Positions 10,742 to 22,487 of a DNA stretch of 64,000 nt are shown piece by piece. The notes under the pieces were generated by a model. It searched no databases and had not been told where the DNA came from. It was given only the letters and a program-made list of their open reading frames with translations. Every line of letters begins with the position of its first letter. The first letter of the stretch is position 1. Made by a program: the position numbers and the translations under genes. Source of the DNA: an uncultured Prochlorococcus sp. (GTDB taxonomy: Bacteria; Cyanobacteriota; Cyanobacteriia; PCC-6307; Cyanobiaceae); NCBI GenBank assembly GCA_902537445.1, contig CACBBI010000003.1, positions 512 to 64,511 of the forward strand. The letters run 5' to 3'.

Positions 10742-11143
10742 ATGTCAAATCACGATCCTATTTCAGATATGCTTACTCGAATTAGAAATGCGAGTCAAAA
10801 AAAGCATACAACCACAACAATCCCAGGTTCAAAAATGTCCTTAAGTATCGCCAAAGTGCTTCAAAAAGAGGGATTCATTTCTGATATTAATGAGGAAGGT
10901 GAAGGTTATAAATCACAAATAATTCTCGGTCTCAAATATAGTGGGAAAAACAAATTTCCTACTATTCGATCTATGCAAAGAGTTAGTAAACCTGGTTTGA
11001 GAATATATAAAAATACTAGAGGGTTGCCAAAAGTTCTTGGAGGTCTTGGAGTTGCTATAATTTCAACTTCTAAAGGCGTTATGAGTGATCGCGATGCTAG
11101 AAAGCAAGGCATTGGCGGCGAAGTCCTCTGCTATGTTTATTAA
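10742..11143 (+). CDS. rpsH: 30S ribosomal protein S8
   Basis: [26 protein letters not shown]. Confidence 0.99.
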   Translation: MSNHDPISDMLTRIRNASQKKHTTTTIPGSKMSLSIAKVLQKEGFISDINEEGEGYKSQIILGLKYSGKNKFPTIRSMQRVSKPGLRIYKNTRGLPKVLGGLGVAIISTSKGVMSDRDARKQGIGGEVLCYVY

Positions 11144-11155
11144 GGAGAATTAATC

Positions 11156-11695
11156 ATGTCAAGAATAGGAAAAACACCAGTACTTATTCCAGAGAAAGTT
11201 ACAGTTGATTTTGATGGATTAACAGTTACAGTGAAAGGCCCAAAGGGTGAGTTAAAACGCCTTATGCCTGAGGGAGTTAGTTTTGATAAGAAAGATAATA
11301 CTGTTGTCGTAAGTCCTACTACAACCAAAATATATTCAAGGCAGAGACATGGTTTATGTAGAGCTTTAATTGCAAATATGGTTGAAGGGGTTACTCAAGG
11401 TTTTTCAAAGAAATTAGAAATTGTTGGCGTTGGATCAAGAGCACAAGTAAAAGGTAAAAATCTAGTTGTAAGTGCAGGATATAGTCATCCTGTGGAAATG
11501 ATCCCCCCTGATGGTATAACATACAAAGTTGAGAGTAATACAAACGTTACCGTATCTGGAATTGATAAGGAAATTGTTGGCAACGAAGCAGCAAAAATCA
11601 GATCAATTAGACCTCCAGAGCCATATAAAGGAAAAGGAATTAAATACCATGATGAGAGAATTCTCAGAAAAGCTGGTAAATCTGGCAAAAAATAA
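11156..11695 (+). CDS. rplF: 50S ribosomal protein L6
   Basis: [17 protein letters not shown]. Confidence 0.99.
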   Translation: MSRIGKTPVLIPEKVTVDFDGLTVTVKGPKGELKRLMPEGVSFDKKDNTVVVSPTTTKIYSRQRHGLCRALIANMVEGVTQGFSKKLEIVGVGSRAQVKGKNLVVSAGYSHPVEMIPPDGITYKVESNTNVTVSGIDKEIVGNEAAKIRSIRPPEPYKGKGIKYHDERILRKAGKSGKK

Positions 11696-11709
11696 TTCGA
11701 TTTAAAAAA

Positions 11710-12078
11710 ATGACCAAACTTTCCAGGAAATTACAAACCCAAAAAAGACATAGAAGATTAAGGAGATTCTTAATTGGAGATGCAACGCGTCCAAGATTGT
11801 CTGTTTTTCGCTCTAATAACCATATTTATGCCCAGATTATAGACGATAGCGGTCAAACAACTATTTGCTCAGCTTCAACTCTTGATAAAGAACTAAGAGA
11901 AAAATCTGAGAAATTACCTTCTGATTGTAATTCTTCTTCCATTGTTGGAAAATTATTAGCAAAGAGAGCGATAAAAAAAGGTATTAAGCAAGTAATTTTT
12001 GACCGTGGAGGTAATTTATATCACGGCAGAGTAAAGGCACTTGCAGACGCTGCTCGTGAAGCTGGCCTAGAATTTTAA
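11710..12078 (+). CDS. rplR: 50S ribosomal protein L18
   Basis: [28 protein letters not shown]. Confidence 0.99.
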   Translation: MTKLSRKLQTQKRHRRLRRFLIGDATRPRLSVFRSNNHIYAQIIDDSGQTTICSASTLDKELREKSEKLPSDCNSSSIVGKLLAKRAIKKGIKQVIFDRGGNLYHGRVKALADAAREAGLEF

Positions 12079-12094
12079 CTCTTAATTTTTTACT

Positions 12095-12715
12095 ATGACT
12101 GACACTCCAACAAAACAAGAAATTCAATCCAAGAACGATAAGGTTCCTGGAGCTATGCCCTTAGAGCAAAAAAAGAATAATCGTAATGATAGAAAAAGAA
12201 ATAGAAGAGGTGATTCCAAAAATCTAGAGAGAGATTCTGATTGGCAAGAAAGAGTTGTTCAAATTCGACGTGTTTCTAAGACTGTTAAGGGTGGAAAAAA
12301 AATGAGTTTTAGAGCAATTGTTGTTGTAGGTAATGAGAAAGGTCAAGTTGGTGTTGGAGTTGGTAAAGCAGGGGATGTCATTGGTGCGGTGAGAAAGGGC
12401 GTTTCAGATGGTAAAAAGAATCTTGTAAGGGTTCCCTTAACCCCAAATAATTCAATACCGACTTTATCTAAAGGTCGAGATGGTGCTGCTAATGTATTAA
12501 TTAGACCAGCTGCCCCAGGTACAGGTGTAATTGCTGGTGGTTCAATAAGAACAGTTTTAGAATTAGCCGGCATAAAAAATGTCTTAGCAAAAAGATTGGG
12601 TAGTAAAACACCTTTGAATAATGCAAGAGCTGCTATGGTAGCTCTTTCTCAATTAAGAACACACAAATCTGCCTCAAGGGAGAGAGGCATCTCACTTGAA
12701 CAGCTCTATTCTTAA
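12095..12715 (+). CDS. rpsE: 30S ribosomal protein S5
   Basis: [21 protein letters not shown]; N-terminal extension. Confidence 0.99.
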   Translation: MTDTPTKQEIQSKNDKVPGAMPLEQKKNNRNDRKRNRRGDSKNLERDSDWQERVVQIRRVSKTVKGGKKMSFRAIVVVGNEKGQVGVGVGKAGDVIGAVRKGVSDGKKNLVRVPLTPNNSIPTLSKGRDGAANVLIRPAAPGTGVIAGGSIRTVLELAGIKNVLAKRLGSKTPLNNARAAMVALSQLRTHKSASRERGISLEQLYS

Positions 12716-12719
12716 AATT

Positions 12720-13178
12720 ATGACTTCAACATTAAATACACTTAAATCAAACTCTGGCTCGAGAAAGAAAAAATTAAGAAAGGGTAGAGGAATTGCAGCC
12801 GGTCAGGGTGCATCATGTGGTTTTGGAATGAGAGGACAAAAGTCACGTTCTGGAAGACCTACACGTCCAGGTTTTGAGGGTGGTCAAATGCCTTTATATA
12901 GAAGAGTTCCAAAATTAAAGCACTTTGAGATAATTAATCAAAAGAACTTTTCCATAATTAATTTAGAAAAATTAAATGATTTCACAGATAACGACACAGT
13001 TAACCTTGACTCACTAGTTAAGAAGGGATTAATCTTCAAACCAAAATTTCCTTTAAAAATCCTTGGTAAAGGAAAAATTAATGTAAAGTTAAAAGTCCAA
13101 GCTCATGCATTTACAAAAGTTGCAAAACAAAAAATTGAGGACGCAGGTGGATCCTGCGAGCTTATAAATAATAAATAA
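12720..13178 (+). CDS. rplO: 50S ribosomal protein L15 (start corrected to ATG 12720)
   Basis: [27 protein letters not shown]. Confidence 0.98.
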   Translation: MTSTLNTLKSNSGSRKKKLRKGRGIAAGQGASCGFGMRGQKSRSGRPTRPGFEGGQMPLYRRVPKLKHFEIINQKNFSIINLEKLNDFTDNDTVNLDSLVKKGLIFKPKFPLKILGKGKINVKLKVQAHAFTKVAKQKIEDAGGSCELINNK

Positions 13179-13208
13179 ATTTAATTAAAAATTTAGGTAA
13201 GCTTCAAA

Positions 13209-14528
13209 ATGTTTGTCAACAAAAGTAGAAATCCAAGCGCTTCTGAAATACTTTCCCAATTATTTTTAAATAAAGAGTTAAGGAGTAGAGTATTAACTAC
13301 TTTAGGTCTTCTCCTTTTAGTAAGACTTGGTATATATATCCCTATGCCTGGTATTGATAGGGTGGCTTTTAAAAGTTTTATAGATCAAGGGGGGCAATTA
13401 ATAGGTTTTTTAGATATTTTTACTGGAGGAGGAATTTCAACCTTAGGAATATTCGCATTAGGCATACTTCCCTTTATTAACGCATCAATTATTATTCAGC
13501 TTCTAACAGCTTCATTGCCTGTGCTTGAAGATTTACAAAAAAATGAAGGAGAAGCTGGGAGAAGAAAAATTGCTCAAATAACTAGATATGTTTCATTAGG
13601 ATGGGGTTTTTTGCAAAGTATAATTTTTTCCTTAATTCTCAGACAATATGCTATTGAGGGGATAAGTGAAACTACATTTGTTTTGCAAACCTCCATTGCC
13701 TTGGTTACTGGCTCTATGTTAGTAATGTGGTTTAGTGAAATTATTACTGAGAAAGGTATAGGTCAAGGGGCTTCACTGGTAATTTTTTTGAATATTGTTT
13801 CTACTTTACCTAAGGCTCTAAGTTCAACCATTGAAAAAGCTCAAACTGGCGATAGAGGAGATGTTTTAGGTATAGCAGTTTTACTTGGGGTATTTTTACT
13901 GACAATTGTTGGGATCATTTTTGTCCAGGAGGGAGCAAGACGCATTCCTATTGTTAGTGCAAAAAGGCAGATAGGAAATTCAACACTACTTCCTACAAGG
14001 CAAAGTTATCTACCTTTGAAATTAAATGCAGGAGGGGTCATGCCTATCATATTTGCATCTGCTTTAATCTTTTTACCTATAACTATTGCAAATGTTACGG
14101 GCAATCCAGTCTTAATGAAGTTAGCCAGTAGTTTAAATCCAGGATCTTCTAATCCATGGCCATATGCTTTTACATTCTTCTCCTTGATTTTGGGCTTCTC
14201 TTATTTTTATGCATCTCTTACTATCAATCCAATTGATGTAGCTTCAAATTTAAAGAAAGGAGGAGTAGCGATACCAGGAGTTAGACCTGGAAGTAATACA
14301 GCAAATTACCTATCAGGTATACAAAATAGGTTGACTTTATTGGGAGGGTTATTTCTGGGTTCAGTAGCTATAATCCCAGCTGCAGTAGAAAGAGCTACAA
14401 ATGTTCAGACCTTTCAAGGTTTAGGAGCAACTTCATTACTTATTCTTGTGGGTGTTGCTATAGATACTGCTAAGCAAATTCAAACTTATGTTATTTCACA
14501 AAGGTATGAGGGACTAATTAACAATTAA
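13209..14528 (+). CDS. secY: Preprotein translocase subunit SecY
   Basis: [29 protein letters not shown]; multiple TM segments. Confidence 0.99.
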   Translation: MFVNKSRNPSASEILSQLFLNKELRSRVLTTLGLLLLVRLGIYIPMPGIDRVAFKSFIDQGGQLIGFLDIFTGGGISTLGIFALGILPFINASIIIQLLTASLPVLEDLQKNEGEAGRRKIAQITRYVSLGWGFLQSIIFSLILRQYAIEGISETTFVLQTSIALVTGSMLVMWFSEIITEKGIGQGASLVIFLNIVSTLPKALSSTIEKAQTGDRGDVLGIAVLLGVFLLTIVGIIFVQEGARRIPIVSAKRQIGNSTLLPTRQSYLPLKLNAGGVMPIIFASALIFLPITIANVTGNPVLMKLASSLNPGSSNPWPYAFTFFSLILGFSYFYASLTINPIDVASNLKKGGVAIPGVRPGSNTANYLSGIQNRLTLLGGLFLGSVAIIPAAVERATNVQTFQGLGATSLLILVGVAIDTAKQIQTYVISQRYEGLINN

Positions 14529-15076
14529 TGAAGAAACATTTACTATTTTTAGGAGCTCCTGGAGCCGGGAAAGGGACTCAAGCGGAATTGTTAAGTCAAA
14601 CTAATTCTTACTTACACCTATCTACTGGTGAATTATTAAGAAAAGAAATCGAAATGAATACTACCCTGGGTATTCAGGTAAAGGATATTATGAATCGCGG
14701 GGAACTTGTTAGTGATGAACTTGTATTAAAGATCGTTAGACAAAATTTAGTTAATGATAATAGTGGTTGGATTCTAGATGGTTACCCTAGAAATTTATCT
14801 CAAGCAAATTCATTGAATGAAGTCTTGAATGAAATAAATCAACCTTTGGAATTAGTTTTTTATTTAGATATTCCAGAAGAAGTACTAATTAAGCGTTTGC
14901 TTTTAAGAGGGAGAAAAGATGATACGGAAGAGACAATTAGAACAAGATTTGATATTTATAAAAAAACTACCGAACCATTAATTCAATATTTTAAGGATCT
15001 CTCATTATTAGAATATATTGATGCTGATAGAGATTTAAAAACCATTTCCTCTGATATCAAACAAAAAATGGCTTGA
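14528..15076 (+). CDS. adk: Adenylate kinase (short form, minimal LID)
   Basis: [22 protein letters not shown]. Confidence 0.99.
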   Translation: MKKHLLFLGAPGAGKGTQAELLSQTNSYLHLSTGELLRKEIEMNTTLGIQVKDIMNRGELVSDELVLKIVRQNLVNDNSGWILDGYPRNLSQANSLNEVLNEINQPLELVFYLDIPEEVLIKRLLLRGRKDDTEETIRTRFDIYKKTTEPLIQYFKDLSLLEYIDADRDLKTISSDIKQKMA

Positions 15077-15121
15077 TGATGATGTAGAATATAGTATTAA
15101 CGTTTTATTTGTTAAACCCCT

Positions 15122-15238
15122 ATGAAGGTCAGATCTTCAGTCAAAAAAATTAGTCCTGACGATCAGATCGTGAGGAGAAGAGGTAAAATCTATGTTATTA
15201 ACAAGAAAAGACCTCGCAATAAACAGCGTCAGGGTTAA
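15122..15238 (+). CDS. rpmJ: 50S ribosomal protein L36 (not in the ORF track; cysteine-free)
   Basis: Hand translation [38 protein letters not shown]. Confidence 0.97.
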   Translation: MKVRSSVKKISPDDQIVRRRGKIYVINKKRPRNKQRQG

Positions 15239-15279
15239 ATTTCAACCCTCAAATTCAAACTTTTACTTATTCAAAACAC

Positions 15280-15645
15280 GTGGCCAGGATTGCAGGAATT
15301 GACATACCTCGCGAAAAGCGAGTTGAAATTGCACTTACATACGTCTATGGAATTGGTTTAACGAGATCAAAGCTAATTCTTGCTAATACGGGTGTAAACC
15401 CCGACACTCGTGTCAAAGACCTTTCAGATTCTGATGTGCAAAAACTAAGAGGTGCCACAGAAGAATTCACTTTAGAAGGCGATTTGAGAAGAAAAGAGGG
15501 AATGGCTTTAAAACGTCTACAAGATATAGGGTGTGTAAGAGGAAGAAGACATAGAATGAGTCTTCCAGTAAGGGGTCAAAGAACTAGAACCAATGCAAGA
15601 ACAAGACGGGGTTCTAGGAAAACAGTTGCTGGAAGAAAAAAATAA
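15280..15645 (+). CDS. rpsM: 30S ribosomal protein S13
   Basis: GTG start; [24 protein letters not shown]. Confidence 0.99.
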   Translation: MARIAGIDIPREKRVEIALTYVYGIGLTRSKLILANTGVNPDTRVKDLSDSDVQKLRGATEEFTLEGDLRRKEGMALKRLQDIGCVRGRRHRMSLPVRGQRTRTNARTRRGSRKTVAGRKK

Positions 15646-15688
15646 ATAACTAAATCTATTTACAAATTGAAGTATTAACTTAAAAATC

Positions 15689-16081
15689 ATGGCAGCTACA
15701 GTAAAAAAAACAGGTTCAAAGAAATCTAAACGTAATGTACCTAATGGTGTGGTACATATCCAAAGCACGTTTAATAATACTCTCGTCTCAATTACTGACA
15801 CCTCTGGTCATGTAATTTCTTGGTCTTCTGCAGGAGCAAGTGGATTTAAAGGAGCCAGGAAAGGTACGCCATTTGCTGCTCAAACAGCTGCCGAAGCTGC
15901 AGCCAGAAGAGCACTTGATCAAGGCATGAGACAAATAGAAGTACTAGTTAGAGGGCCTGGCGCAGGTAGGGAAACGGCCATAAGAGCTTTACAAGTGGCC
16001 GGATTAGAAATAACTCTAATAAGAGATGTAACTCCATTACCTCATAATGGATGTAGAAGACCTAAACGGAGACGCGTTTAG
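15689..16081 (+). CDS. rpsK: 30S ribosomal protein S11
   Basis: [17 protein letters not shown]. Confidence 0.99.
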   Translation: MAATVKKTGSKKSKRNVPNGVVHIQSTFNNTLVSITDTSGHVISWSSAGASGFKGARKGTPFAAQTAAEAAARRALDQGMRQIEVLVRGPGAGRETAIRALQVAGLEITLIRDVTPLPHNGCRRPKRRRV

Positions 16082-16131
16082 GTCTTAATCATTCTCAAAC
16101 CCCAAAAAAACTCTTAACCTCATTATTTTCC

Positions 16132-17070
16132 GTGTTGCAATACCAGATTGACAGAATCGACCATCAAATAGCAGATGATCGCTCCCAAACAGGAACTTTT
16201 TTAATTGGCCCTTTAGAAAGGGGACAAGCTACAACTTTGGGTAATTCCCTTAGAAGAGTCCTTATGGGAGGACTTGAAGGGAGTGCAGTTACTGCAGTAA
16301 GAATAGCAGGAATTAATCATGAATATGCCACTATTCCTGGAGTTAGAGAAGACGTTTTAGATATTCTTCTTAATTGCAAGCAACTATCAATAAATAGCAC
16401 TAATCCAGAGCTCGAAATAGGCAGGTTAGTAGCTAGTGGTCCAATGGAGGTGAAGGCTAATGATATTCAATTCTCCTCTCAAGTTGAAATTGTTGATGGC
16501 GAAAAACCGATTGCGACTATCCAGGAGGGTCATAACTTAGAGTTGGAAATCCATGTTGAAAGAGGTGTTGGATATAGACCCGTCGACCGAAAGAGTGAAG
16601 AGACAACTGCTATTGATTTGCTTCAAATAGATGCTGTATTTATGCCTGTGAAGAGAGTGAACTTTACGATTGATGAAACTGCTGTAGCAGAAGGCGGAAC
16701 GGGAAGAGAAAGATTAAAAATGGAGGTAGTAACAGATGGCTCAACCAGTCCTGACGATGCTATTGCTGAAGCTGCAAATCAATTAATAGAACTCTTTCAA
16801 CCCCTTGCTACTGTAACAATGGTTGAAGAAATTCCTGAAGAACCTGAACCTTCTCCTGAAGCTCAAATTCCTCTCGAGGAACTAAACTTGTCCGTTAGAG
16901 CATATAATTGTTTGAAACGGGCGCAAGTTAACTCAGTTTCGGATTTAATGGGCTTCAGCTATGAAGATCTTCTTGAAATTAAGAACTTTGGCTCTAAATC
17001 TGCAGATGAGGTTATTGAAGCTCTTGAGCGCATAGGCATTTCTATTCCACAAAGTAGAACATCTGTTTAA
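16132..17070 (+). CDS. rpoA: RNA polymerase alpha subunit
   Basis: [37 protein letters not shown]. Confidence 0.99.
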   Translation: MLQYQIDRIDHQIADDRSQTGTFLIGPLERGQATTLGNSLRRVLMGGLEGSAVTAVRIAGINHEYATIPGVREDVLDILLNCKQLSINSTNPELEIGRLVASGPMEVKANDIQFSSQVEIVDGEKPIATIQEGHNLELEIHVERGVGYRPVDRKSEETTAIDLLQIDAVFMPVKRVNFTIDETAVAEGGTGRERLKMEVVTDGSTSPDDAIAEAANQLIELFQPLATVTMVEEIPEEPEPSPEAQIPLEELNLSVRAYNCLKRAQVNSVSDLMGFSYEDLLEIKNFGSKSADEVIEALERIGISIPQSRTSV

Positions 17071-17084
17071 CAATTTTTAAGATT

Positions 17085-17435
17085 ATGAGACACCAACTTA
17101 GAATTCCATTATTAAGTAAACCTGCTGATCAGAGGAAAGCACTTCTAAGAGGTTTAACAACACAATTAATTAGAGAAGGTAGAGTAACTACAACAAAAGC
17201 TAGGGCAAAAGCTTTAAGAAATGAAGCTGAAAGAATGATTTCACTCGCCAAAGAGGGAAGTTTGGCTTCTAGGAGAAGGGCGATTGGATATATTTATGAT
17301 AAAAAATTAGTTCATTCATTATTTGAAAAAGCAAAGGAAAGATATGGAGATAGAAATGGGGGTTATACACGCATTGTCAGAACTGTATCTAGAAAAGGTG
17401 ATAACGCTCAGATGGCCATTATCGAGCTTGTTTAA
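17085..17435 (+). CDS. rplQ: 50S ribosomal protein L17
   Basis: [22 protein letters not shown]. Confidence 0.99.
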   Translation: MRHQLRIPLLSKPADQRKALLRGLTTQLIREGRVTTTKARAKALRNEAERMISLAKEGSLASRRRAIGYIYDKKLVHSLFEKAKERYGDRNGGYTRIVRTVSRKGDNAQMAIIELV

Positions 17436-17473
17436 GTTAGTTAATTAAAGGGGCTTTTACTAAAAAATAACTT

Positions 17474-18280
17474 TTGAAAAGGGTAGCTTTACTAGTCCAA
17501 TATGATGGATCTCATTATTCAGGTTGGCAAAAACAAAAAAATGCAACTACTGTTCAGGAAATTTTAGACAGAGCTCTCTTAAAGATTACAAATCATACAG
17601 TAAAGACTTTTGCAGCAGGTAGGACTGATGCTGGGGTTCACGCATCAGGTCAAGTAGTACACTTTGATGTTGATTGTGTTGTTCCAGGAAATAGTTATTC
17701 TGATGTCTTAAATAGTCTTTTACCCTCATCAATTAGGATCTTAGAATCAGTTGAGGTAAAAGATAGTTGGCATGCATGCTATTCAGCAATGTATAGACAT
17801 TATCGATATGTCATTAATAACAGTAAATTCCCAAACTTATTCATCAATAATTGGTCATGGCATAGATATCAAAAAGTATTAGATGAAGTTTTAATGTTAA
17901 ATGCATCCAGGAAAATGATAGGAGAACATGATTTTTTTGCTTTTCAGAAAAGTGGTAGTAATAGAACAAACTCAATTACAAAAATAAAAAATATAGATAT
18001 TAAAAGAGTAGAAGATTTGATTTTTGTTGATATTAAAGCTACAGGTTTTTTATATGGAATGGTCCGCTTAATTATCGGTCAACTAGTTTTAGTTGGAGAA
18101 AACAAAATATCGCCAGAAATTTTTACAGATAGATGGGTAAACAAAAAGAAAAATGATGTTAAAGAATCTGCTCCAGCTAAGGGGTTATGTTTTGTAAATG
18201 CTGTTTATGAAGAAAATGTTTTTAAAAAGATTAATAACAATGATTTTTTCCCTGTATTTTTAATCAAGGGTTTTTCTTAA
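17474..18280 (+). CDS. truA: tRNA pseudouridine(38-40) synthase
   Basis: YDGSHYSGWQ, AGRTDAGVHA, FLYGMVR, APAKGL. Confidence 0.98.
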   Translation: MKRVALLVQYDGSHYSGWQKQKNATTVQEILDRALLKITNHTVKTFAAGRTDAGVHASGQVVHFDVDCVVPGNSYSDVLNSLLPSSIRILESVEVKDSWHACYSAMYRHYRYVINNSKFPNLFINNWSWHRYQKVLDEVLMLNASRKMIGEHDFFAFQKSGSNRTNSITKIKNIDIKRVEDLIFVDIKATGFLYGMVRLIIGQLVLVGENKISPEIFTDRWVNKKKNDVKESAPAKGLCFVNAVYEENVFKKINNNDFFPVFLIKGFS

Positions 18281-18394
18281 GTAAGGTTTAATTAATTGAA
18301 TTTTTTTTGTAAATCATTCAAACCTGTTGTTTAATATTCCTACAATAAGGTAGAATTTAATATTAATTTAAATTTATTTGCAGAAATTTGGTAA

Positions 18395-18826
18395 ATGAAT
18401 AAAACAATTACTCCATCTTTAAAAACAATTGAAAGAAATTGGTTTTTAGTTGACGCAAAAGATAAGACGCTTGGTAGACTTGCTACAGAAATCGCAACTG
18501 TATTGAGAGGTAAGAATAAACCAACATTTACACCTCATCAAGATACTGGAGATTTTGTCATTGTAGTAAATGCCGAGAAAGTTGAGGTAACAGGAAAAAA
18601 AGCATCACAAAAATTGTACAGGAGACATTCTGGAAGACCAGGAGGAATGAAAATTGAAAAATTTGAGTCTTTACAAGAAAGAATTCCTGAAAGAATCATC
18701 GAGCAAGCTGTTAAGGGCATGCTGCCTCATAACTCTTTAGGAAGACAGCAATTTAAAAAACTAAAAGTTTATAAAGGTGCTGATCATCCTCATGCTGCTC
18801 AGAATCCTGTATTATTAAATAGTTAA
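18395..18826 (+). CDS. rplM: 50S ribosomal protein L13
   Basis: LGRLAT, LRGKNKP, AVKGMLP. Confidence 0.99.
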   Translation: MNKTITPSLKTIERNWFLVDAKDKTLGRLATEIATVLRGKNKPTFTPHQDTGDFVIVVNAEKVEVTGKKASQKLYRRHSGRPGGMKIEKFESLQERIPERIIEQAVKGMLPHNSLGRQQFKKLKVYKGADHPHAAQNPVLLNS

Positions 18827-18835
18827 TTTATCAAA

Positions 18836-19246
18836 ATGAATAGTCAAATAAAAAACAAAGCTGTGTATTGGGGAACTGGAAGAAGAAAAACTTCAGTAGC
18901 TAGAGTTCGCTTGATTCCAGGTAATGGACTAATAAAAATTAATGGTCGTGCTGGAGATGATTACTTAAACTTTAATCCTCTGCACTTAAATTCAATAAAA
19001 GCACCTTTGCAAACATTAGGTCTTGAAAATTCTTATGATATTTTGGTAAATGTTTTTGGTGGTGGATTGACTGGCCAAGCAGATGCTATAAAGCAAGGCG
19101 CAGCTCGAGCACTTTGCGAATTATCTCCTGACAATAGGAAACCGCTAAAAACGGAAGGCCATCTCAGTAGAGATCCTAGAGCTAAGGAAAGAAGAAAATA
19201 TGGTCTCAAAAAAGCAAGAAAAGCTCCTCAATTCTCTAAACGTTAA
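18836..19246 (+). CDS. rpsI: 30S ribosomal protein S9
   Basis: [25 protein letters not shown]. Confidence 0.99.
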   Translation: MNSQIKNKAVYWGTGRRKTSVARVRLIPGNGLIKINGRAGDDYLNFNPLHLNSIKAPLQTLGLENSYDILVNVFGGGLTGQADAIKQGAARALCELSPDNRKPLKTEGHLSRDPRAKERRKYGLKKARKAPQFSKR

Positions 19247-19259
19247 AGGAATTTAAATT

Positions 19260-19520
19260 ATGCCAAAATCAGAAATTCACCCAAAATGGTATCCAGATGC
19301 AAAAGTTATTTGTAATGGAGAAGTTGTAATGACTACTGGCTCCACGAAGCCTGAATTACATGTTGATGTTTGGAGTGGTAATCATCCCTTCTTCACTGGA
19401 ACTCAAAAGATTCTTGATACAGAAGGTAGGGTTGATAGGTTTATGAAAAAATATGGAATGGGTTCAGCTAATTCCGCTACATCAAAAGATCAAAAAGAAG
19501 AAAAAGATTCTAAAAAATAG
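19260..19520 (+). CDS. rpmE: 50S ribosomal protein L31
   Basis: IHP, HPFFTG, GRVDRF. Confidence 0.98.
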   Translation: MPKSEIHPKWYPDAKVICNGEVVMTTGSTKPELHVDVWSGNHPFFTGTQKILDTEGRVDRFMKKYGMGSANSATSKDQKEEKDSKK

Positions 19521-19547
19521 AATTTTCAAAATTAAGCATAATTTCAA

Positions 19548-20642
19548 TTGGAATACTCAACATTAATTGCAAGGTTGAAAACTGCTTCAGAAAGTTTTGA
19601 AAATTTGGAATTGCAACTTGCAGATCCTGACATAGCTAATGATCCAAAAAAATTAGAATCCATAGCAAGAGAAAGGTCAAAATTGGAACCTTTGGTGATT
19701 GATTTTAATAAGTTGCTTGATACTGATAAAGAAATCGAAGATTCAAGAAATTTACTTAAAGAGAATAGGAATGATAAAGAAATGGAATCTTTGATAAATG
19801 AGGAGTTAATAACTCTAGAGGAATCTAAAAGTGAACTGATTCAAAAAACTACAATCGCCTTATTGCCAAAAGACCCAAGAGATGAAAGAAGTGTAATGTT
19901 AGAAATCAGAGCCGGTGCTGGAGGTAATGAGGCTTGTATCTGGGCGGGTGATTTAGCAAGAATGTATGAAAGATATGGACAAAAAATTGGCTGGTCTGTA
20001 AAACCTATTAGTGCTTCCGAGTCAGATATGGGTGGATTTAAGGAGTTAGTTATCTCCGTTAAGGGAGATTCTGTATATAGTCAACTTAAATTCGAGGCTG
20101 GTGTACATAGAGTCCAAAGAGTTCCAGCTACTGAATCTCAAGGTAGAGTTCACACCTCTACTGCTACTGTTGCCGTTATGCCTGAGGCCGATCCTGTTGA
20201 GGTTAAAATTGATCCAACAGATCTAGAGGTTGGAACAGCAAGATCAGGAGGTGCAGGGGGACAAAATGTTAATAAGGTAGAGACAGCTATTGATCTTCTC
20301 CACAAGCCTACGGGAATAAGAGTTTTTTGTACTCAAGAGAGATCACAATTGCAAAATCGCGAACGGGCAATGGAAATTTTAAGAGCTAAATTGTATGAAA
20401 TTCAATTAAAAGAAGCTAATGCAAAAGAAAGATCACAAAGGCTTTCCCAGGTTGGAACAGGCGATAGAAGTGAAAAAATCAGAACTTATAATTTTAAAGA
20501 TAACAGGACAACTGATCATAGATTAGGTTCCAATTTTTCTCTTGAGCCAATTCTTGCTGGTCAATTAGAAGAAGTGATTAATGCATGCATAGCGCAAGAA
20601 CAAAAAAGAATGATGGAAGATTTTAATAAAGAAGTAAATTAA
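19548..20642 (+). CDS. prfA: Peptide chain release factor 1
   Basis: PAT specificity motif ([10 protein letters not shown]), GGQ; TTG start. Confidence 0.98.
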   Translation: MEYSTLIARLKTASESFENLELQLADPDIANDPKKLESIARERSKLEPLVIDFNKLLDTDKEIEDSRNLLKENRNDKEMESLINEELITLEESKSELIQKTTIALLPKDPRDERSVMLEIRAGAGGNEACIWAGDLARMYERYGQKIGWSVKPISASESDMGGFKELVISVKGDSVYSQLKFEAGVHRVQRVPATESQGRVHTSTATVAVMPEADPVEVKIDPTDLEVGTARSGGAGGQNVNKVETAIDLLHKPTGIRVFCTQERSQLQNRERAMEILRAKLYEIQLKEANAKERSQRLSQVGTGDRSEKIRTYNFKDNRTTDHRLGSNFSLEPILAGQLEEVINACIAQEQKRMMEDFNKEVN

Positions 20643-20651
20643 GATTTTTTA

Positions 20652-21158
20652 TTAGATTGCAACCCCTATTACGTATTTACTCCATTCTTTATGCTTTCCA
20701 GAGTCAATTTGTCTTGTAGCTTCAAAATTTAGATTACTTAATGGACGATAAGGCCGACGTTTTAAGGGCATATTCGCTTCTTCGGGGGTTCGATTACCTT
20801 TTTGTACATTACATCTGAGACATGCTGTAGTAACATTTTCCCAGTTATCTGTTCCACCTCTGCTTCTTGGTAAAACATGATCTATTGATAGGTCACTACC
20901 CTTATAGTTACAGTATTGGCAGGAATTATTATCTCTCAGAAGAATATTTTTTCTTGTTAAAGAAACCTCTCTAAAAGGAACTTTGACGTAGTAACGAAGT
21001 CTTATAACTGTCGGCAACTTTTTCCCGCTATGAATTGAATATGTTTTATCTTCCTCTAAGCTTTCAGCTTTACCTTTAATCATCAAAATTACTGCTCTTC
21101 GCCAGGAAGTGATGTTTAAAGGTTCATAAGATGCATTTAAAACTAGAGTCTGGCCCAT
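20652..21158 (-). CDS. Stand-alone HNH endonuclease-family protein (likely start ATG 21158)
   Basis: LVLNASYEPL, RD..CQYC, DHVLPRSRGG..WENVTTACLRCN..KG. Confidence 0.9.
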   Translation of the reverse strand: MGQTLVLNASYEPLNITSWRRAVILMIKGKAESLEEDKTYSIHSGKKLPTVIRLRYYVKVPFREVSLTRKNILLRDNNSCQYCNYKGSDLSIDHVLPRSRGGTDNWENVTTACLRCNVQKGNRTPEEANMPLKRRPYRPLSNLNFEATRQIDSGKHKEWSKYVIGVAI

Positions 21159-21226
21159 GCCAAAATACAATTTACATGTCATGCTAACTGTATATTTCAA
21201 TAAGCGCATATATTTGTGCAAAGTTA

Positions 21227-22426
21227 ATGCAAAATAGGCAAACAAATCAGGTATTTAATTTTGACAAATTTCCAAATTTTGAAAAAGATATAGATCTAAA
21301 ACAAAGAGCATGGATTGAAGTTAAAGGTAAAGCAATAGAAACAAACGTTAGACAGTTAAGATCAAAATTAAGTAAGAATTGTCAATTTATGGCAGTCGTT
21401 AAAGCTGATGGATATGGACATGATGCGAAATTAGTATCAGAGTATGCTATCAAAGGTGGAGCATCTCAATTAGGTGTCGCCACATTAAATGAAGGCATTA
21501 AGCTTCGTTCTTCTGGAGTTAAAAAACCAATACTTATCCTCGGAAATCTTTACACGAAAAGGGATCTTATTATATGTTTTAAAAATGATCTTATGCCAAC
21601 TATCAGTAGTATAGGAGAATGTTTAATTTGCAATAACATTGGTAAGCAATTTGGCTTGAAATTTCTATTACATCTTAAAATTGATACTGGAATGTCAAGA
21701 TTAGGATTCGAATCTAAAAAATTTGTTGAGCAATTTGAAAAAATAAAATCCTTTGAGAACATTTTAATAGAAGGAATATATAGTCATTTATCTTCTGCAG
21801 ATGAAGCTAATGCATTAGATCCTAAAAGTATTACACAATTACAAAGACTGAAGTTTAATTCATTATTAAAGCAAATTAATCTTGATCGAAATAATGAAAT
21901 TAAGATTCATTTGTCTAATTCTGCGGGAATGCTTATTAACAAAGATTTTCATTTTCATATGGTACGTGTTGGGCTTTCTATGTATGGATATAGTCCTTTA
22001 GACAAAATAGATAAAAATTTATCACTTAAACCAGCTTTATTTTTGAAAGCCAAAGTAGCTTTTATTAGAACTATTGATCCAGGTGTTGGTATAAGTTATG
22101 GAGGAAAGTTTGTAACTAGTAGAAAAACTAAGTTAGCTGTATTAAGTATTGGATACGCAGATGGAGTACCAAGAAATCTTTCAGGAAAGATAAACGTTAT
22201 TCATAATGATAAACTTTATCCCCAAGTTGGATCCATAACTATGGATCAAATGATGGTGGACATAACAGGTTCAAGTGAAATTAAAGTTGGTAGCACTATG
22301 GTATTACTAGGATCTGATGGAGATAAAACAATTTCGCCTCTTGAATGGGCAAGAAAATCTAATACAATACCGTGGGAAATTCTTTGTTCTTTTAAAAATA
22401 GATTACCGAGAGTTCAAGTTGATTAG
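21227..22426 (+). CDS. alr: Alanine racemase
   Basis: AVVKADGYGH (PLP lysine), KIDTGMSRLG, GYADG, MDQ. Confidence 0.98.
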   Translation: MQNRQTNQVFNFDKFPNFEKDIDLKQRAWIEVKGKAIETNVRQLRSKLSKNCQFMAVVKADGYGHDAKLVSEYAIKGGASQLGVATLNEGIKLRSSGVKKPILILGNLYTKRDLIICFKNDLMPTISSIGECLICNNIGKQFGLKFLLHLKIDTGMSRLGFESKKFVEQFEKIKSFENILIEGIYSHLSSADEANALDPKSITQLQRLKFNSLLKQINLDRNNEIKIHLSNSAGMLINKDFHFHMVRVGLSMYGYSPLDKIDKNLSLKPALFLKAKVAFIRTIDPGVGISYGGKFVTSRKTKLAVLSIGYADGVPRNLSGKINVIHNDKLYPQVGSITMDQMMVDITGSSEIKVGSTMVLLGSDGDKTISPLEWARKSNTIPWEILCSFKNRLPRVQVD

Positions 22427-22487
22427 ACATTTCGATTAAATAAAAAATTTTGAATGTTTGCAAAAAAATTGATAATGTATAAGAGCT

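Noticed and set aside
19548-21245. HNH as a homing endonuclease of an intron/intein, or a programmed frameshift in the release factor
   Set aside because: prfA, alr and recA are uninterrupted, and the frameshift is a feature of prfB, not prfA.
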